DNA of 32,000 bases from Propionibacterium freudenreichii subsp. freudenreichii (GCF_000940845.1 NZ_CP010341.1:120001-152000), one strand, 5' to 3'. Positions 15,712 through 25,071 are shown, counted from the first letter of the stretch. Notes: generated by a model from the sequence alone, not told the origin. Numbers and translations: made by a program.

Positions 15712-17819
15712 TGGTCGGGCACCTTGTCCAGGTCGGCCAGCCAGGCCCGGGCATTGCCGTCGGACGGTGAACGCCAGTCGCCGCGTGGCGAGAGGGAACC
15801 ACCGGCCATCACCTTCGGGCCGTTGGGGATGGCGGTGCGCTTGAACTGGTTGGCCATGAAGCGCTTGCAGAACACGGTGAGCCACTTCTTGATGTCGGCC
15901 AGCGAGTAGGCGATCCGTTCGTCGGCGGGGAAGTTAGCCGGCCACTCGCCCAGGCCGGCGTCGGTCCAGATGTGCGAGGCCAGGAAGGCGATCTTCGACG
16001 GACGCAGGCCGTGGCGTAGCCAGTAGTAGAGCGCGAAGTCGTGCAGGGCATAGGGGCCGATGGTGTCCTGGGTGCTCTGCGGCTTGGCACCCTCGGCCAC
16101 GGGGATGAGCTCGGGGCTGATCTCGGTGTCGAGGATCGACTGGAGCACGCGCCCCACCCGGTCGTCGAACTGCCCCGAGGCGATCACCCAACGGATCAGG
16201 TGTTGCATCAGCGTCTTGGGCACTCCGCAGTTCACGGCGTAGTGGCTCATCTGGTCGCCGACGCCGTAGGTGGCCCAGCCCAGGGCGAGCTCGGACAGGT
16301 CGCCGGTGCCCAGCACGATGCCGCCGCGCTGGTTGGCGATGCGGAACAGGTAGTCGGTGCGCAGGCCGGCCTGGACGTTCTCGTAGGTCACGTCGTAGTC
16401 GTCGAGCGGGTGGCCCAGGTCGGAGAGCATCTGCTCCGCGGCGGGACGGATGTCCAGGGTCTCGAAGGTGGTGCCGAGGGCCTGCGACAGTTCCACGGCG
16501 TTGTTGCGGGTGTGGGCGCTGGTGGCGAAGCCGGGCATCGTGAAGGTGAGGATGTCGGTGCGGGGGCGTCCGGCAAGGTCCATGGCGCGTGCGGCCACGA
16601 GCAGTGCCTGGGTGGAATCCAGGCCACCCGAGATGCCGATCACCACCTTGGCCCCGCCGATGGCGGCCAGCCGCTGGCTCAGCGCGGACACCTGGATGTT
16701 GTAGGCCTCGTAGCAGTCCTGGTTCAGGCGTGCCGGGTCGGACGGCACGAAGGGGAAGCGTTCGAGGGGACGACGCAGGCCCAGGTCGGAGCGGGGCGGG
16801 TGCAGGGTGAAGCCGATGGTGCGCATCGCGGGGCGTTCGTGGCGGGCATTGTCGTCGAAGGTGCCCTCGCGCAGCCGTTCCTGGCGCAGCAGGTCGAGGT
16901 CGATGTCGGCGATCGATTCGCCCGGGGTGGTGGGGAAGCGCTCGGTTTCGGCAAGCAGGCGGCCGTTCTCGTAGATCATCGTCTGCCCGTCCCACGACAG
17001 GTCGGTGGTGGGTTCCCCCAGGCCGGCGGCGCAATAGACGTAGGCGGCGAGGTTGCGTGAGCTGGTCGAGCGGCACAGCAGGTGGCGTTGCTCGGCCTTG
17101 CCCACGGTGATGGGCGAGCTGGAGATGTTCACCAGCACGGTGGCGCCGCCCAGGGCGGCCAGGGAGCTGGGCGGCACGGGCACCCAGACGTCCTCGCAGA
17201 CCTCCACGTGCACGGCCAGGTCGGGCAGGTCGTCGGCGCGGAAGATGAGGTCGGGACCGAAGGGCACGACGAGGTGGTCGGCGGCGTCGCCGGGCCCCTC
17301 GCCTGCTTGCGCGCCCGGATCGTTGGCGTCCCGGTGGTCTGTTCCCACGTTCTCTGTTGCCGGGTGGTGTGCGCCCAAGTCGATGACCCCGCCCTGGTCG
17401 GCGCCGTCGGCAAAGTGGCGGCGCTCGTAGAACTCGCGGTAGGTCGGCAGATAGCTCTTGGGCACCACGCCCAGCACGTCGCCGTGGTGCAGGACGACTG
17501 CGCAGTTGAACAGGCGCGAACCATTGCGCAGCGGTGCGCCGACGATGATCAGCGCGGCGAGGTCGCGGGTGGCGTCGGCCACGGTGTGCAAGGCGTCGAG
17601 GGCGGCGTCGAGCACGGTGTCCTGCAGCAGGAGGTCGTCGATCGCGTAGCCGGTGAGGCACAGCTCCGGAAACGCGATGACGGATGCCCCCGTGGCCGCG
17701 ATGCGCCGGGCGTGCTCGATCACGCGGGTGGCGTTGGTGGCGGGGTCGGCGATGGCGGTGTTGCTGGTCGCGGCGGCGACGCGTGCGAAGCCCTGGTCGT
17801 AGAGCGACGAGAAATTCAT
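15705..17819 (-). CDS. nadE: glutamine-dependent NAD+ synthetase (N-terminal CN-hydrolase/glutaminase domain plus C-terminal NAD synthetase domain)
   Basis: It is collinear with the actinobacterial fused NadE as I recall it: MNFSSLYDQGFARVAA..., VPKSYLPTYREFYERR, SGGLDST P-loop, VQAGLRTDYLFRIANQRGGIVLGTGDLSELALGW, QFKRTAIPNGPKV. I chose the start at ATG 17819 (MNF...) preceded by GAGGAG; another ATG at 17831 is possible. The track ORF extends to 18056. Confidence 0.93.
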   Translation of the reverse strand: MNFSSLYDQGFARVAAATSNTAIADPATNATRVIEHARRIAATGASVIAFPELCLTGYAIDDLLLQDTVLDAALDALHTVADATRDLAALIIVGAPLRNGSRLFNCAVVLHHGDVLGVVPKSYLPTYREFYERRHFADGADQGGVIDLGAHHPATENVGTDHRDANDPGAQAGEGPGDAADHLVVPFGPDLIFRADDLPDLAVHVEVCEDVWVPVPPSSLAALGGATVLVNISSSPITVGKAEQRHLLCRSTSSRNLAAYVYCAAGLGEPTTDLSWDGQTMIYENGRLLAETERFPTTPGESIADIDLDLLRQERLREGTFDDNARHERPAMRTIGFTLHPPRSDLGLRRPLERFPFVPSDPARLNQDCYEAYNIQVSALSQRLAAIGGAKVVIGISGGLDSTQALLVAARAMDLAGRPRTDILTFTMPGFATSAHTRNNAVELSQALGTTFETLDIRPAAEQMLSDLGHPLDDYDVTYENVQAGLRTDYLFRIANQRGGIVLGTGDLSELALGWATYGVGDQMSHYAVNCGVPKTLMQHLIRWVIASGQFDDRVGRVLQSILDTEISPELIPVAEGAKPQSTQDTIGPYALHDFALYYWLRHGLRPSKIAFLASHIWTDAGLGEWPANFPADERIAYSLADIKKWLTVFCKRFMANQFKRTAIPNGPKVMAGGSLSPRGDWRSPSDGNARAWLADLDKVPDQH

Positions 17820-17986
17820 GATGCTCCTCATCTGTGCCACTCCAGTGTCCCAGACCGGTGGAGTGCCGGATCGTCGGCTGCCCGGGGCCGTCGGGTGCGG
17901 TGGTGATTGGGGTCTCAATGGAAGAATGCAGGGGTAGGCACTTGTCGGCGCCGGCATCCCGGATTGCCGCGCCGAGAACCACCGGA

Positions 17987-19192
17987 ATGGGGTCACAGAT
18001 GGATCTGCAGGATTTCGTCGAGCAGTACGCCGTCGAGCGCAAGGGCACCGATTCACTCAAATGGGACGCCCTGGGCCAGCGCTTCGGCAATGCCGGCCTG
18101 TTGCCCATGTGGGTGGCCGACATGGAGTTCAAGGCCCCCGAGGCGGTGATCGAGGCGCTGCGGACGCGCGTCTCCCACGGTGCATTCGGCTACACCTATG
18201 TGGACGATGCGTACTTCGAGGCCTTCGACGACTGGGCGGCGCGGCACAATGAGGCCCGCGTGCAGCGTGACTGGGTGCGCTTCTCCACCGGCGTGGTGTC
18301 CAGCTTCTACTGGATGGTCAATGCCTTCACCCAGCCCGGCGATGCGGTGCTGCTGGCGACGCCGGTGTACTACCCGATGCACAATGCCGTGAAGGACACC
18401 GGACGCAAGCTGGTGACCACGGCGTTGCAGCCCGACGAGCGCGGCATCTACCGCTACGACATGGCCGACATGGAGCAGGTGATCACCGAGAATTCGGTGA
18501 AGCTGTTCATCATGTGCTCGCCGCACAATCCGGTGGGGCGCGTGTGGACGCCCGAAGAGCTGGTCGACGTGCTGGAGCTGTGCCGCAGCCATGGCGTGCT
18601 GGTCGTGTCCGATGAGATCCACCAGGACATCATCCTGGGCGAACGTCCGTTCGTGGCGGCCCAGCAGGTACAGGACGGCGCGTTCACCGACAACCTGATC
18701 ACGCTGAATGCGGCGTCCAAGACGTTCAACCTGGCCGGGCTGGTGCACTCGCACATCATCATCCCCGACAAGGACCTGCGCGCCCGCTATGACGCGTGGG
18801 CGAAGGGATATGTGCAGACCGAGACCAACATCATGGGCATCACCGCCACCGAGGCCGCGTGGCGCCATGGCCAGGATTGGCTCGACGGGCTGCTGGCGGT
18901 GGTGCGTCGCAACGAGGCCGAGTTCCGCCGCCGCATCGGTGAGGTGGCGCCGAAGGCCGCGATCCCGCCGTTGGAGGGCACCTACCTGCTGTGGCTCGAC
19001 CTGCGTGAGTATGTCGACCGTCGCGAGGTGAAGAAGTTCATCCAGGACCAGTGCAATCTTGCCGTTGACTACGGGGAATGGTTCAGCCCGGCGTCGCGGG
19101 GCTTCGTGCGGTTCAACCTGGCGACCACCCCGCAGATTGCCGACGAGGCGATCAGCCAGCTGGTGGAGGGCCTCGGCACGCTCGACGAGTGA
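17987..19192 (+). CDS. PLP-dependent C-S lyase / aminotransferase class I-II (PatB/MalY-type cystathionine beta-lyase)
   Basis: The sequence has ERKGTDSLKWD, LPMWVADMEF, ...LNAASKTFNLAGL (the PLP-lysine context). The start is ambiguous between ATG 17987 and ATG 17999 (MDLQDF...). The track ORF begins at 17834. Confidence 0.85.
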   Translation: MGSQMDLQDFVEQYAVERKGTDSLKWDALGQRFGNAGLLPMWVADMEFKAPEAVIEALRTRVSHGAFGYTYVDDAYFEAFDDWAARHNEARVQRDWVRFSTGVVSSFYWMVNAFTQPGDAVLLATPVYYPMHNAVKDTGRKLVTTALQPDERGIYRYDMADMEQVITENSVKLFIMCSPHNPVGRVWTPEELVDVLELCRSHGVLVVSDEIHQDIILGERPFVAAQQVQDGAFTDNLITLNAASKTFNLAGLVHSHIIIPDKDLRARYDAWAKGYVQTETNIMGITATEAAWRHGQDWLDGLLAVVRRNEAEFRRRIGEVAPKAAIPPLEGTYLLWLDLREYVDRREVKKFIQDQCNLAVDYGEWFSPASRGFVRFNLATTPQIADEAISQLVEGLGTLDE

Positions 19193-19294
19193 GTCGTCGC
19201 ACGGCGGTGGGACGCGATCGGTTGACTGCGGCACCATCGGGACTATTCGCACAAATCATGTGGTTTTCCACACGAGCCATGGGAAGATGGGATC

Positions 19295-19741
19295 ATGCGT
19301 ATTGCGATGGGAAGTGACCATGCAGGTTTCGAGCTCAAGGAACACCTGAAGGGCTACCTGCAGGACAAGGGTCACGACGTGATTGATGTGGGCACCCACA
19401 GCACGGAGAGCGTCGACTACCCCGTGTATGGCGCCGGGGCGGCACGCAAGGTGGCCGCCGGTGAGGCCGATCGCGCGATCGTGGTGTGTGGCACCGGGTT
19501 GGGCATCGGCATGGCCGCCGGCAAGGTGCCCGGCATCCGCTGCGCCATCGTCTCCGAGGTGTACTCCGCGCAGATGTCGCGCCTGCACAATGACGCCAAT
19601 GCGCTCGCGCTGGGTGCGCGGGTGATCGGCACCGGCGTGGCCGAGGAAATCGTCGACGTGTGGACCACCACCGACTTCCTGGGCGGACGCCACGGGCGTC
19701 GCGTCGACATGATCGAGGATCCGCCGGCGCTGGACGCGTAG
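19295..19741 (+). CDS. rpiB: ribose-5-phosphate isomerase B (RpiB/LacAB family)
   Basis: The 148-aa ORF reads MRIAMGSDHAGFELKEHL, VCGTGLGIGMAAGKVPGIRCA, HNDANALALGARVIG. These are classic RpiB motifs. Confidence 0.9.
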   Translation: MRIAMGSDHAGFELKEHLKGYLQDKGHDVIDVGTHSTESVDYPVYGAGAARKVAAGEADRAIVVCGTGLGIGMAAGKVPGIRCAIVSEVYSAQMSRLHNDANALALGARVIGTGVAEEIVDVWTTTDFLGGRHGRRVDMIEDPPALDA

Positions 19742-19770
19742 GTGACGTGAGGCGTTGTGACGAGTGCAGG

Positions 19771-19803
19771 TGGCTCCCCCGGATGGTCGGGGGAGCCATT
19801 TGT
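19771..19803 (+). terminator. rho-independent terminator after rpiB
   Basis: TGGCTCCCCC (19771-19780), an 8-nt loop, then GGGGGAGCCA (19789-19798), followed by TTTGT. Confidence 0.7.
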
Positions 19804-19833
19804 GCGTTGGGGGAGTGGGCTGGGTGGTGAGGG

Positions 19834-19863
19834 TTGACGTCCCGAGGAACGCGAGAATATGAT
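19834..19863 (+). promoter_or_regulatory. sigma70-type promoter candidate for the pdxA-family/gntP/TIM-barrel operon
   Basis: TTGACG (19834-19839), an 18-nt spacer, then TATGAT (19858-19863). It sits in the only AT-rich patch upstream of the cluster. Confidence 0.45.
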
Positions 19864-19866
19864 CTT

Positions 19867-19876
19867 TCCTATAGGA
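19867..19876. promoter_or_regulatory. perfect palindrome TCCTATAGGA at the predicted transcription start (operator candidate)
   Basis: This 10-nt perfect palindrome begins 4 nt after the -10 hexamer. Confidence 0.35.
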
Positions 19877-20033
19877 TTATTACGAGCGCTCCCGGTCCGA
19901 AGATGCTCCGGGTGGCCTCCCTCGTGAACCCAATCTGAATACGGCTGATGTCGACATCGCAGAAGATGCGCCCCTCATGGGGCCAGCAGCCAGGGGCCAG
20001 AGGAGGCAGGCGCGAGAAGGGACAGGACTGATC

Positions 20034-21044
20034 ATGAGCACCATTCCCCGCATTGCAATGACAATCGGTGACCCCTCGGGAGTTGGCCCGGAGATCGCAG
20101 TCAAGATCCTCAGCAAGCCTGAAAACCGCGACAAGGCGCTCGTCTCGCTGCTGGCCTCTCCCGAGGAGGTGGAGTCGCTCGCCGCGGAATTCAAGGTCTC
20201 CGTGCCGCTCTCGGACGTTGCCAAGCAGGGCTATGTGCAGGCCATTGGGACGACCTACGACGGTCCCGCAGCCAAGCGCGGCGTCGCATCGATCGCCGGC
20301 GGAACCAGGGCGATGCTCGACCTTGAGCGTGCCCTTGAGCTGTTCAAGCAGGACCAGGCCGATGCGATCCTCTTCGAGTCGTTGAACAAGAGTGCCCTGC
20401 ACAATGCCGGCATGCACGAGCAGGATGAACTGCGCTGGTTTGCCCGGATCCTCGGCTACGACGGCTTCACCTCGGAACTCAACTTCATCCCCGGGCTCAC
20501 CACGTCCCGGGTGACCTCCCACGTGGCCATCAAGGACGTCGCCGCCGGCATCAACGCCCGCTCGGTGCATGACGCCATCACCCTCCTGAACCGCGTGATC
20601 CAGGGAACGGGCATCGAACGCCCGAAGCTTGCCGTGTGCGCCCTCAACCCCCATGCGGGTGAGTCCGGCCAGTTCGGGCGCGAGGAGATCGATCACATCG
20701 CACCCGGCATCAGGCTGGCACAGGACGAGGGCGTGGATGCCAAGGGGCCGTTCCCCTGCGACACCATCTTCATCAAGGCCCGCGCCGGCGAATACGACGG
20801 CGTTGTCACGATGTTCCACGACCAGGGCCAGATCGCGATGAAGCTCATCGGGTTTGACGAGGGCGTGACGGTGCAAGGCGGTCTCCCCGTTCCGATCGCG
20901 ACGCCGGCGCACGGCACCGCCTATGAGATCGTCGGCCAGGGGATCGCCAACGACACCCCCAGCCAACGCGCCTTTGACATCGCAACCGGTCTGGGTCGTC
21001 AGACCCAGGAGGCACGCGTCGCCGCTGGCAACGAGCAGGAGTAA
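20034..21044 (+). CDS. PdxA family NAD-dependent dehydrogenase (4-hydroxythreonine-4-phosphate dehydrogenase-like; PdxA2-type context)
   Basis: The sequence has IAMTIGDPSGVGPEI, ALNPHAGE.G.FGREE, MFHDQGQIAMK and TPAHGTAYEI, which are PdxA family signatures. I chose the start at ATG 20034 (MSTIPRIAMT); the track ORF begins at 19977. Confidence 0.85.
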   Translation: MSTIPRIAMTIGDPSGVGPEIAVKILSKPENRDKALVSLLASPEEVESLAAEFKVSVPLSDVAKQGYVQAIGTTYDGPAAKRGVASIAGGTRAMLDLERALELFKQDQADAILFESLNKSALHNAGMHEQDELRWFARILGYDGFTSELNFIPGLTTSRVTSHVAIKDVAAGINARSVHDAITLLNRVIQGTGIERPKLAVCALNPHAGESGQFGREEIDHIAPGIRLAQDEGVDAKGPFPCDTIFIKARAGEYDGVVTMFHDQGQIAMKLIGFDEGVTVQGGLPVPIATPAHGTAYEIVGQGIANDTPSQRAFDIATGLGRQTQEARVAAGNEQE

Positions 21045-21049
21045 CGCGC

Positions 21050-22393
21050 ATGCTCCCCGTCATCAGTGGGGCTGCGGCGATCGTTGTTCTGATCCTCCTG
21101 ATCGTCAAGCTCAAGCTGCATCCCTTCATTGCCCTCATGATTTCGTCCATCATCCTTGGACTCGTGAACGGGTTGGGCTCCACCAAGAGCGTCAGCACGT
21201 TCACCAAGGGCTTCGGCGATCAGCTGTCGGTCTCCGGTGTCGTGATCGGCCTGGGCGCCATCATCGGCGGCCTGCTGGTCAGCAGCGGAGGCGGAACCAA
21301 GATCGCCGACATCATCATCGGGAAGAGCAAGAAGGCCCTCATCCCGATGGCGATCGGCCTTGTCGCCCTGATCATCGAGCTCCCGAACCTGTTCGAGGTC
21401 ACCTTCGTCCTCATGGTGCCGATTGTCTTCTCGGTCGCGAAGAGCCTGGGCAAGAGCCCCCTCTACGTCGCCATCCCCATGGCAGCCGGCATGATGACCG
21501 CCCATGGACTCCTGCCACCCGGCCCCGCCACCATCATCGGTGGCACCGCGCTGGGAGCCGATCTGGGGATGGTCACGGCACTGGGCCTGATCATTGCGGT
21601 GCCGGTCTTTGCCAGCGGCGTCTGGTTGTTCCCCAAGCTGATGCAGAAGCAATACCTCACCTACGCAGTGAACGACGGGTCGGAGTTCGACCAGTCGGCA
21701 ACCGCGGGCGAGGACCGGTCGCCCTCCCTGGCGGCGGCCCTGACCTCTGTGCTGCTGGCTCCGGCGATGATGGTCATCGGGACCCTGGGCGACGCCGTGT
21801 TCCCCAAGTCGTCGATCGCGTGGACGGTGACCCATTTCATGGGGAATGCGGTGATCTCGCTCCTGATCGCGGCGCTGTTCTCGATGGTCTTCCTGGGCCT
21901 GCGGCTCGGGATGAGCGGGAACAAGGTGCTGGGCCTCAGCAAGACGAGCCTCAAGCCGATCGTCAACGTGCTGCTCATCATCGGCGCAGGCGGCGGGCTG
22001 AAGGCCATGCTCGAGGGTGTCGGCCTGAGCAAGATCATTGCGACGACAACTGCCGAGTGGGCCATCCCCATGGTGCTGCTTGCGTGGCTCATCGCCGCCC
22101 TGTTCCGTATCGCGCTCGGGTCGGGGACTGTGGCGGTGACGGCCGCCGCCGGCATCGTGGCACCCATGCTGGCCCAATCCGACAGCGTGCACAAGGCGAT
22201 GATGGTGCTTGCAATCTGCACCGGGTCGATGATCTTCTCGCATGTCAATGACGGCGCCTTCTGGCTCTTCCAGGAGTACTTCGGAATGACCGTCCCCCAG
22301 ACGCTCAAGACGTGGAGCCTCCTGGTCACGATCCAATCGGTTGTGGGCCTGCTCGGGCTGCTTGCCATGGAAGGCGTCATCTCACTTGTGTGA
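21050..22393 (+). CDS. GntP family permease (gluconate/acid-sugar:H+ symporter family)
   Basis: The 447-aa polytopic ORF has an N-terminus of the GntP type (LILLIVKLKLHPFIALMISSIILGL). AGGAG lies 9 nt upstream of the ATG, and the start is 5 nt after the upstream stop. Confidence 0.9.
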   Translation: MLPVISGAAAIVVLILLIVKLKLHPFIALMISSIILGLVNGLGSTKSVSTFTKGFGDQLSVSGVVIGLGAIIGGLLVSSGGGTKIADIIIGKSKKALIPMAIGLVALIIELPNLFEVTFVLMVPIVFSVAKSLGKSPLYVAIPMAAGMMTAHGLLPPGPATIIGGTALGADLGMVTALGLIIAVPVFASGVWLFPKLMQKQYLTYAVNDGSEFDQSATAGEDRSPSLAAALTSVLLAPAMMVIGTLGDAVFPKSSIAWTVTHFMGNAVISLLIAALFSMVFLGLRLGMSGNKVLGLSKTSLKPIVNVLLIIGAGGGLKAMLEGVGLSKIIATTTAEWAIPMVLLAWLIAALFRIALGSGTVAVTAAAGIVAPMLAQSDSVHKAMMVLAICTGSMIFSHVNDGAFWLFQEYFGMTVPQTLKTWSLLVTIQSVVGLLGLLAMEGVISLV

Positions 22394-22506
22394 ATGCGAC
22401 CTCTGAAGCAGCGCACCCCCGGTGATCCGCCTCGGGAATGCCCCACAAGGTGGAATGGGTCCGGCGCATCTTCCGTGCCCAATCCCTTGACGAAGAAAGA
22501 ACCCTC

Positions 22507-23418
22507 ATGCTCAATGCAGAAGAATGGCCCATTGCGTGCAAGGTCAACTTTGGACCCACCACGGAACTGGGTGAACCCGTCGCCAGTGCCCCGGCGAAGG
22601 TGTGGCGCGAGCAGCTCGCCCAGGTGGCCGACCTCGGATTCAAGTACATCGACCCGATGGATGACTGGGTGCCCTTGGCTGATCTGGACGCCGGCCGGTT
22701 TGCCCAGTTCCGGCAAGTGCTCACCGACACGCATCTGAGCGTTGCGGCCATCTCAATCGGCCGTCACAGCATCGTTGACGTGGATCGGGGCAGGGAGAAC
22801 CTGCAAACCATCCACCGGACGATCGACAGGGCCGCTGAGCTGGGGGCGTCGGTGGTTGACCTGGGGTTCATGCAGGCACTGACGCCGGCCCAACGAGGGG
22901 CACTGTGGTTCTGGCTTGCCGAGGGCCACCATGATGACCCGACGCTTCGTCCGTTGGCCATCGAACGCGTTCGGGAGCTTGCCGACCACGCGGAGCGCCG
23001 GGGGATCGAGCTGAGCCTCGAGATGTATGAGGACACATTCCTGGGGACACCCCAGGATGCGGTCCGGTTCATCAACGACGTTGACCATCCTGCGGTGGGG
23101 CTCAATCCTGACATCGGAAACCTCGTGCGGCTGCACCGCCCGATGCCGAGTGCCCGCGAGATGTACAGCCAGGTCCTTCCCTATGCGAACTATTGGCATA
23201 TCAAGAATTACATCCGCGACGAGGACCCGATGACGGGCTCATACATGTCGGCGCCCGCTCCCCTGAAGTACGGAGTGATCAATTACCGCGAGATCATCCG
23301 AATGGCGATACGTCTCGGTTTCAGGGGTGCCTTCATGACTGAACAGTACGGAGGGGACTGGCTCGGCGTGGGGGCGGAGAATGCCGACTACATCAGGCAG
23401 GTGATCCGATCAGCGTGA
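22507..23418 (+). CDS. sugar phosphate isomerase/epimerase (xylose isomerase-like TIM barrel)
   Basis: The fold pattern (LSLEMYEDTF..., GLNPDIGN, HIKNY) is typical of AP-endonuclease-2/xylose-isomerase-like barrels. The start is uncertain between ATG 22507 (MLNAEEWPIA) and ATG 22438. Confidence 0.75.
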   Translation: MLNAEEWPIACKVNFGPTTELGEPVASAPAKVWREQLAQVADLGFKYIDPMDDWVPLADLDAGRFAQFRQVLTDTHLSVAAISIGRHSIVDVDRGRENLQTIHRTIDRAAELGASVVDLGFMQALTPAQRGALWFWLAEGHHDDPTLRPLAIERVRELADHAERRGIELSLEMYEDTFLGTPQDAVRFINDVDHPAVGLNPDIGNLVRLHRPMPSAREMYSQVLPYANYWHIKNYIRDEDPMTGSYMSAPAPLKYGVINYREIIRMAIRLGFRGAFMTEQYGGDWLGVGAENADYIRQVIRSA

Positions 23419-23644
23419 ACCGCCCCGCAGCAATGCCGACCCCTGTCAACACTGCCCATGCTCATCGGGGCCTGCCCTGCCCTTTCCGGGGGCACTCAAC
23501 TCCCCGAATCCAGTAGGGCGCCCTGAGGTCCTCACAGCAGAGGGCCGGGGCACCAGGCGCACGGTGAACGCTGCTTGTCCCCCCCACGATCCCAAGCGCC
23601 GCCCCACATCGTTGTGGATGCGGCCCATGCCAGATGAGGAAACC

Positions 23645-23757
23645 ATGTCTCCCACCACAAAGAAGGCTTCGAGGGCCCGGCTGAAGGTATTCGGGGTTCT
23701 TTGGGTCATCATTCTGTTGAATTACATTGACCGCGCCACGCTGTCGATCGCAATACC
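23645..23757 (+). pseudogene. 5' stub (~38 codons) of an MFS (anion:cation symporter-like) transporter gene, cut by the IS
   Basis: MSPTTKKASRARLKVFGVLWVIILLNYIDRATLSIAIP is a typical ACS-family MFS N-terminus (LNY-DR-LS-A-P). GAGGAA lies upstream of the ATG. The reading frame runs straight into the IS terminal repeat at 23758. Confidence 0.6.
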
Positions 23758-23783
23758 GGCTCTTCACGAACGAGGGTGTAGCG
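23758..23783. repeat. IS terminal inverted repeat (left end in window coordinates)
   Basis: GGCTCTTCACGAACGAGGGTGTAGCG is the exact reverse complement of 25159-25184. Complementarity can be extended by 2 nt (CC/GG) on each side. Confidence 0.9.
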
Positions 23784-25071
23784 CGGGTCTGAATCCGCCG
23801 GCTTCGAGCAGCGACCGAGCGATGTAGTGGCTGAGGTTGCGGAAGCCGAGGGCCGTGCCGCGGAGGTGTTCGAGTCGGCCGTTGATCGCTTCGGTGGGGC
23901 CGTTGCTGGTGCCGGGGCGGTCGAAGTAGCCGAGCACGTCCGAAGCGCGCTGTGTGAGGGTGCGGGCGAGTTTGCGGATCTCGACGAGCTGCTCCGGGAC
24001 GCTGGCGCTGATCTTGTCGATCGTGTGCGCGAGGAAGAATCTGCCCAGGCCGCGGTCCTTGTCCCGGTAGGCGGTGATCATGTCTTGGTAGATGCCCCAC
24101 GTCGCTTCGACCTCGACGTGCCTGTCGTCGGCGAACAGGGCATCTAGCCGCGCCTGCTGCTTGTCGGTGAGCAGACCGGCACCGGTGAGCAGGGTCCGTC
24201 TGGCCTGGTAGAGCGGATCGCCCTTCATGCCCCGCCGGCCGAAGACGTCGTGCTGTACCCGGCGTCGGCAGTTCTCCAGCGCGTCACCGGCGAGCCGGAT
24301 CACGTGGAACGGATCCATGACCGGGGCCGCGTCGGGCAGTTCTTCGGCGGCGGCGGTCTTGAACCCGGTGAATCCGTCCATGGCGACGACCTCGATCCCC
24401 TCTCGCCAGGGCTTCGGTCTGGCGGCGAGCCAGGTCTTGAACACGGCTTTCGAGCGTCCGGCGACCATGTCCAGCAGCCGTGCCGGGCCGGTCTTGTCGC
24501 GCACCGGGGTCAGGTCGATGATCACGGTCACGTACGTGTCGCCGTGGCGGGTGTGTCGCCACACGTGCTCGTCGACGCCGATCGTGGTCACGCCCTCGAA
24601 CCGCGCCGGGTCATCGATCAGCCGCCGGCGGCCCTCGGCGAGGATCGCGTCGTTCGCGGCGGACCAGGACACCCCCAGCCCTGCCGCGACACGCGTGACC
24701 GAGAGATGATCGAGGACCAAGCCCGCCAGCCCCCACGCCAACCCACCGCGGGAGATCTTCGCCCGTACCGGCGCGGCGGCCGTGGTGTCTTGCCGCCAGA
24801 CCCGCCCACACCCGCAGCATTTGTAGCGCCGGACCCGGATCAGCAGGGTCGTGGGCCGATGCCCGAATGGCTCATGCGCGAGCCGACGGATCACCGTGTC
24901 GCGCGGGGCGCCCTCGCATCCACACTCGCGGCACCACCGGTCCGGCTCCACGACACGGCACTCGATCACCGCCCGATCCGGGTCCAGACGCTGCCCGACA
25001 GCCTCCAGGCCGAGCTCGTCGAGACCGCAGAACGTGGTCAGGCAAGGTGTAGTGAAAGTAGGGTGTGACAC
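23764..25071 (-). CDS. ISL3 family transposase
   Basis: The 435-aa ORF has an N-terminal Zn-finger-like CxxC...CxxC (CRECGC...CCGCGR), then GVDEHVW, AMDGFTGFK, VMDPFHV and the SNGPTEAINGRLE block typical of ISL3 transposases. The start is GTG. Confidence 0.92.
   Translation of the reverse strand: MSHPTFTTPCLTTFCGLDELGLEAVGQRLDPDRAVIECRVVEPDRWCRECGCEGAPRDTVIRRLAHEPFGHRPTTLLIRVRRYKCCGCGRVWRQDTTAAAPVRAKISRGGLAWGLAGLVLDHLSVTRVAAGLGVSWSAANDAILAEGRRRLIDDPARFEGVTTIGVDEHVWRHTRHGDTYVTVIIDLTPVRDKTGPARLLDMVAGRSKAVFKTWLAARPKPWREGIEVVAMDGFTGFKTAAAEELPDAAPVMDPFHVIRLAGDALENCRRRVQHDVFGRRGMKGDPLYQARRTLLTGAGLLTDKQQARLDALFADDRHVEVEATWGIYQDMITAYRDKDRGLGRFFLAHTIDKISASVPEQLVEIRKLARTLTQRASDVLGYFDRPGTSNGPTEAINGRLEHLRGTALGFRNLSHYIARSLLEAGGFRPALHPRS

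Noticed and set aside
15934-18132. 732-aa minus-strand ORF overlapping nadE in another frame, plus ORFs 16041-17060 and 17082-17906 on the plus strand
   Set aside because: NadE is unambiguous in its own frame. The alternatives are Arg/Pro/His-rich and have no family resemblance.
19222-19249. Promoter for rpiB (TTGACT-N16-TATTCG)
   Set aside because: The -35 is good, but the -10 candidate lacks the conserved final T, and alternative hexamers give wrong spacing. This is too weak to list as a feature.
20923-22336. 442-aa plus-strand and 445-aa minus-strand ORFs overlapping the GntP permease gene
   Set aside because: Their Arg/His/Asp/Pro-rich composition is incompatible with real proteins. GntP in its own frame is a coherent polytopic membrane protein.
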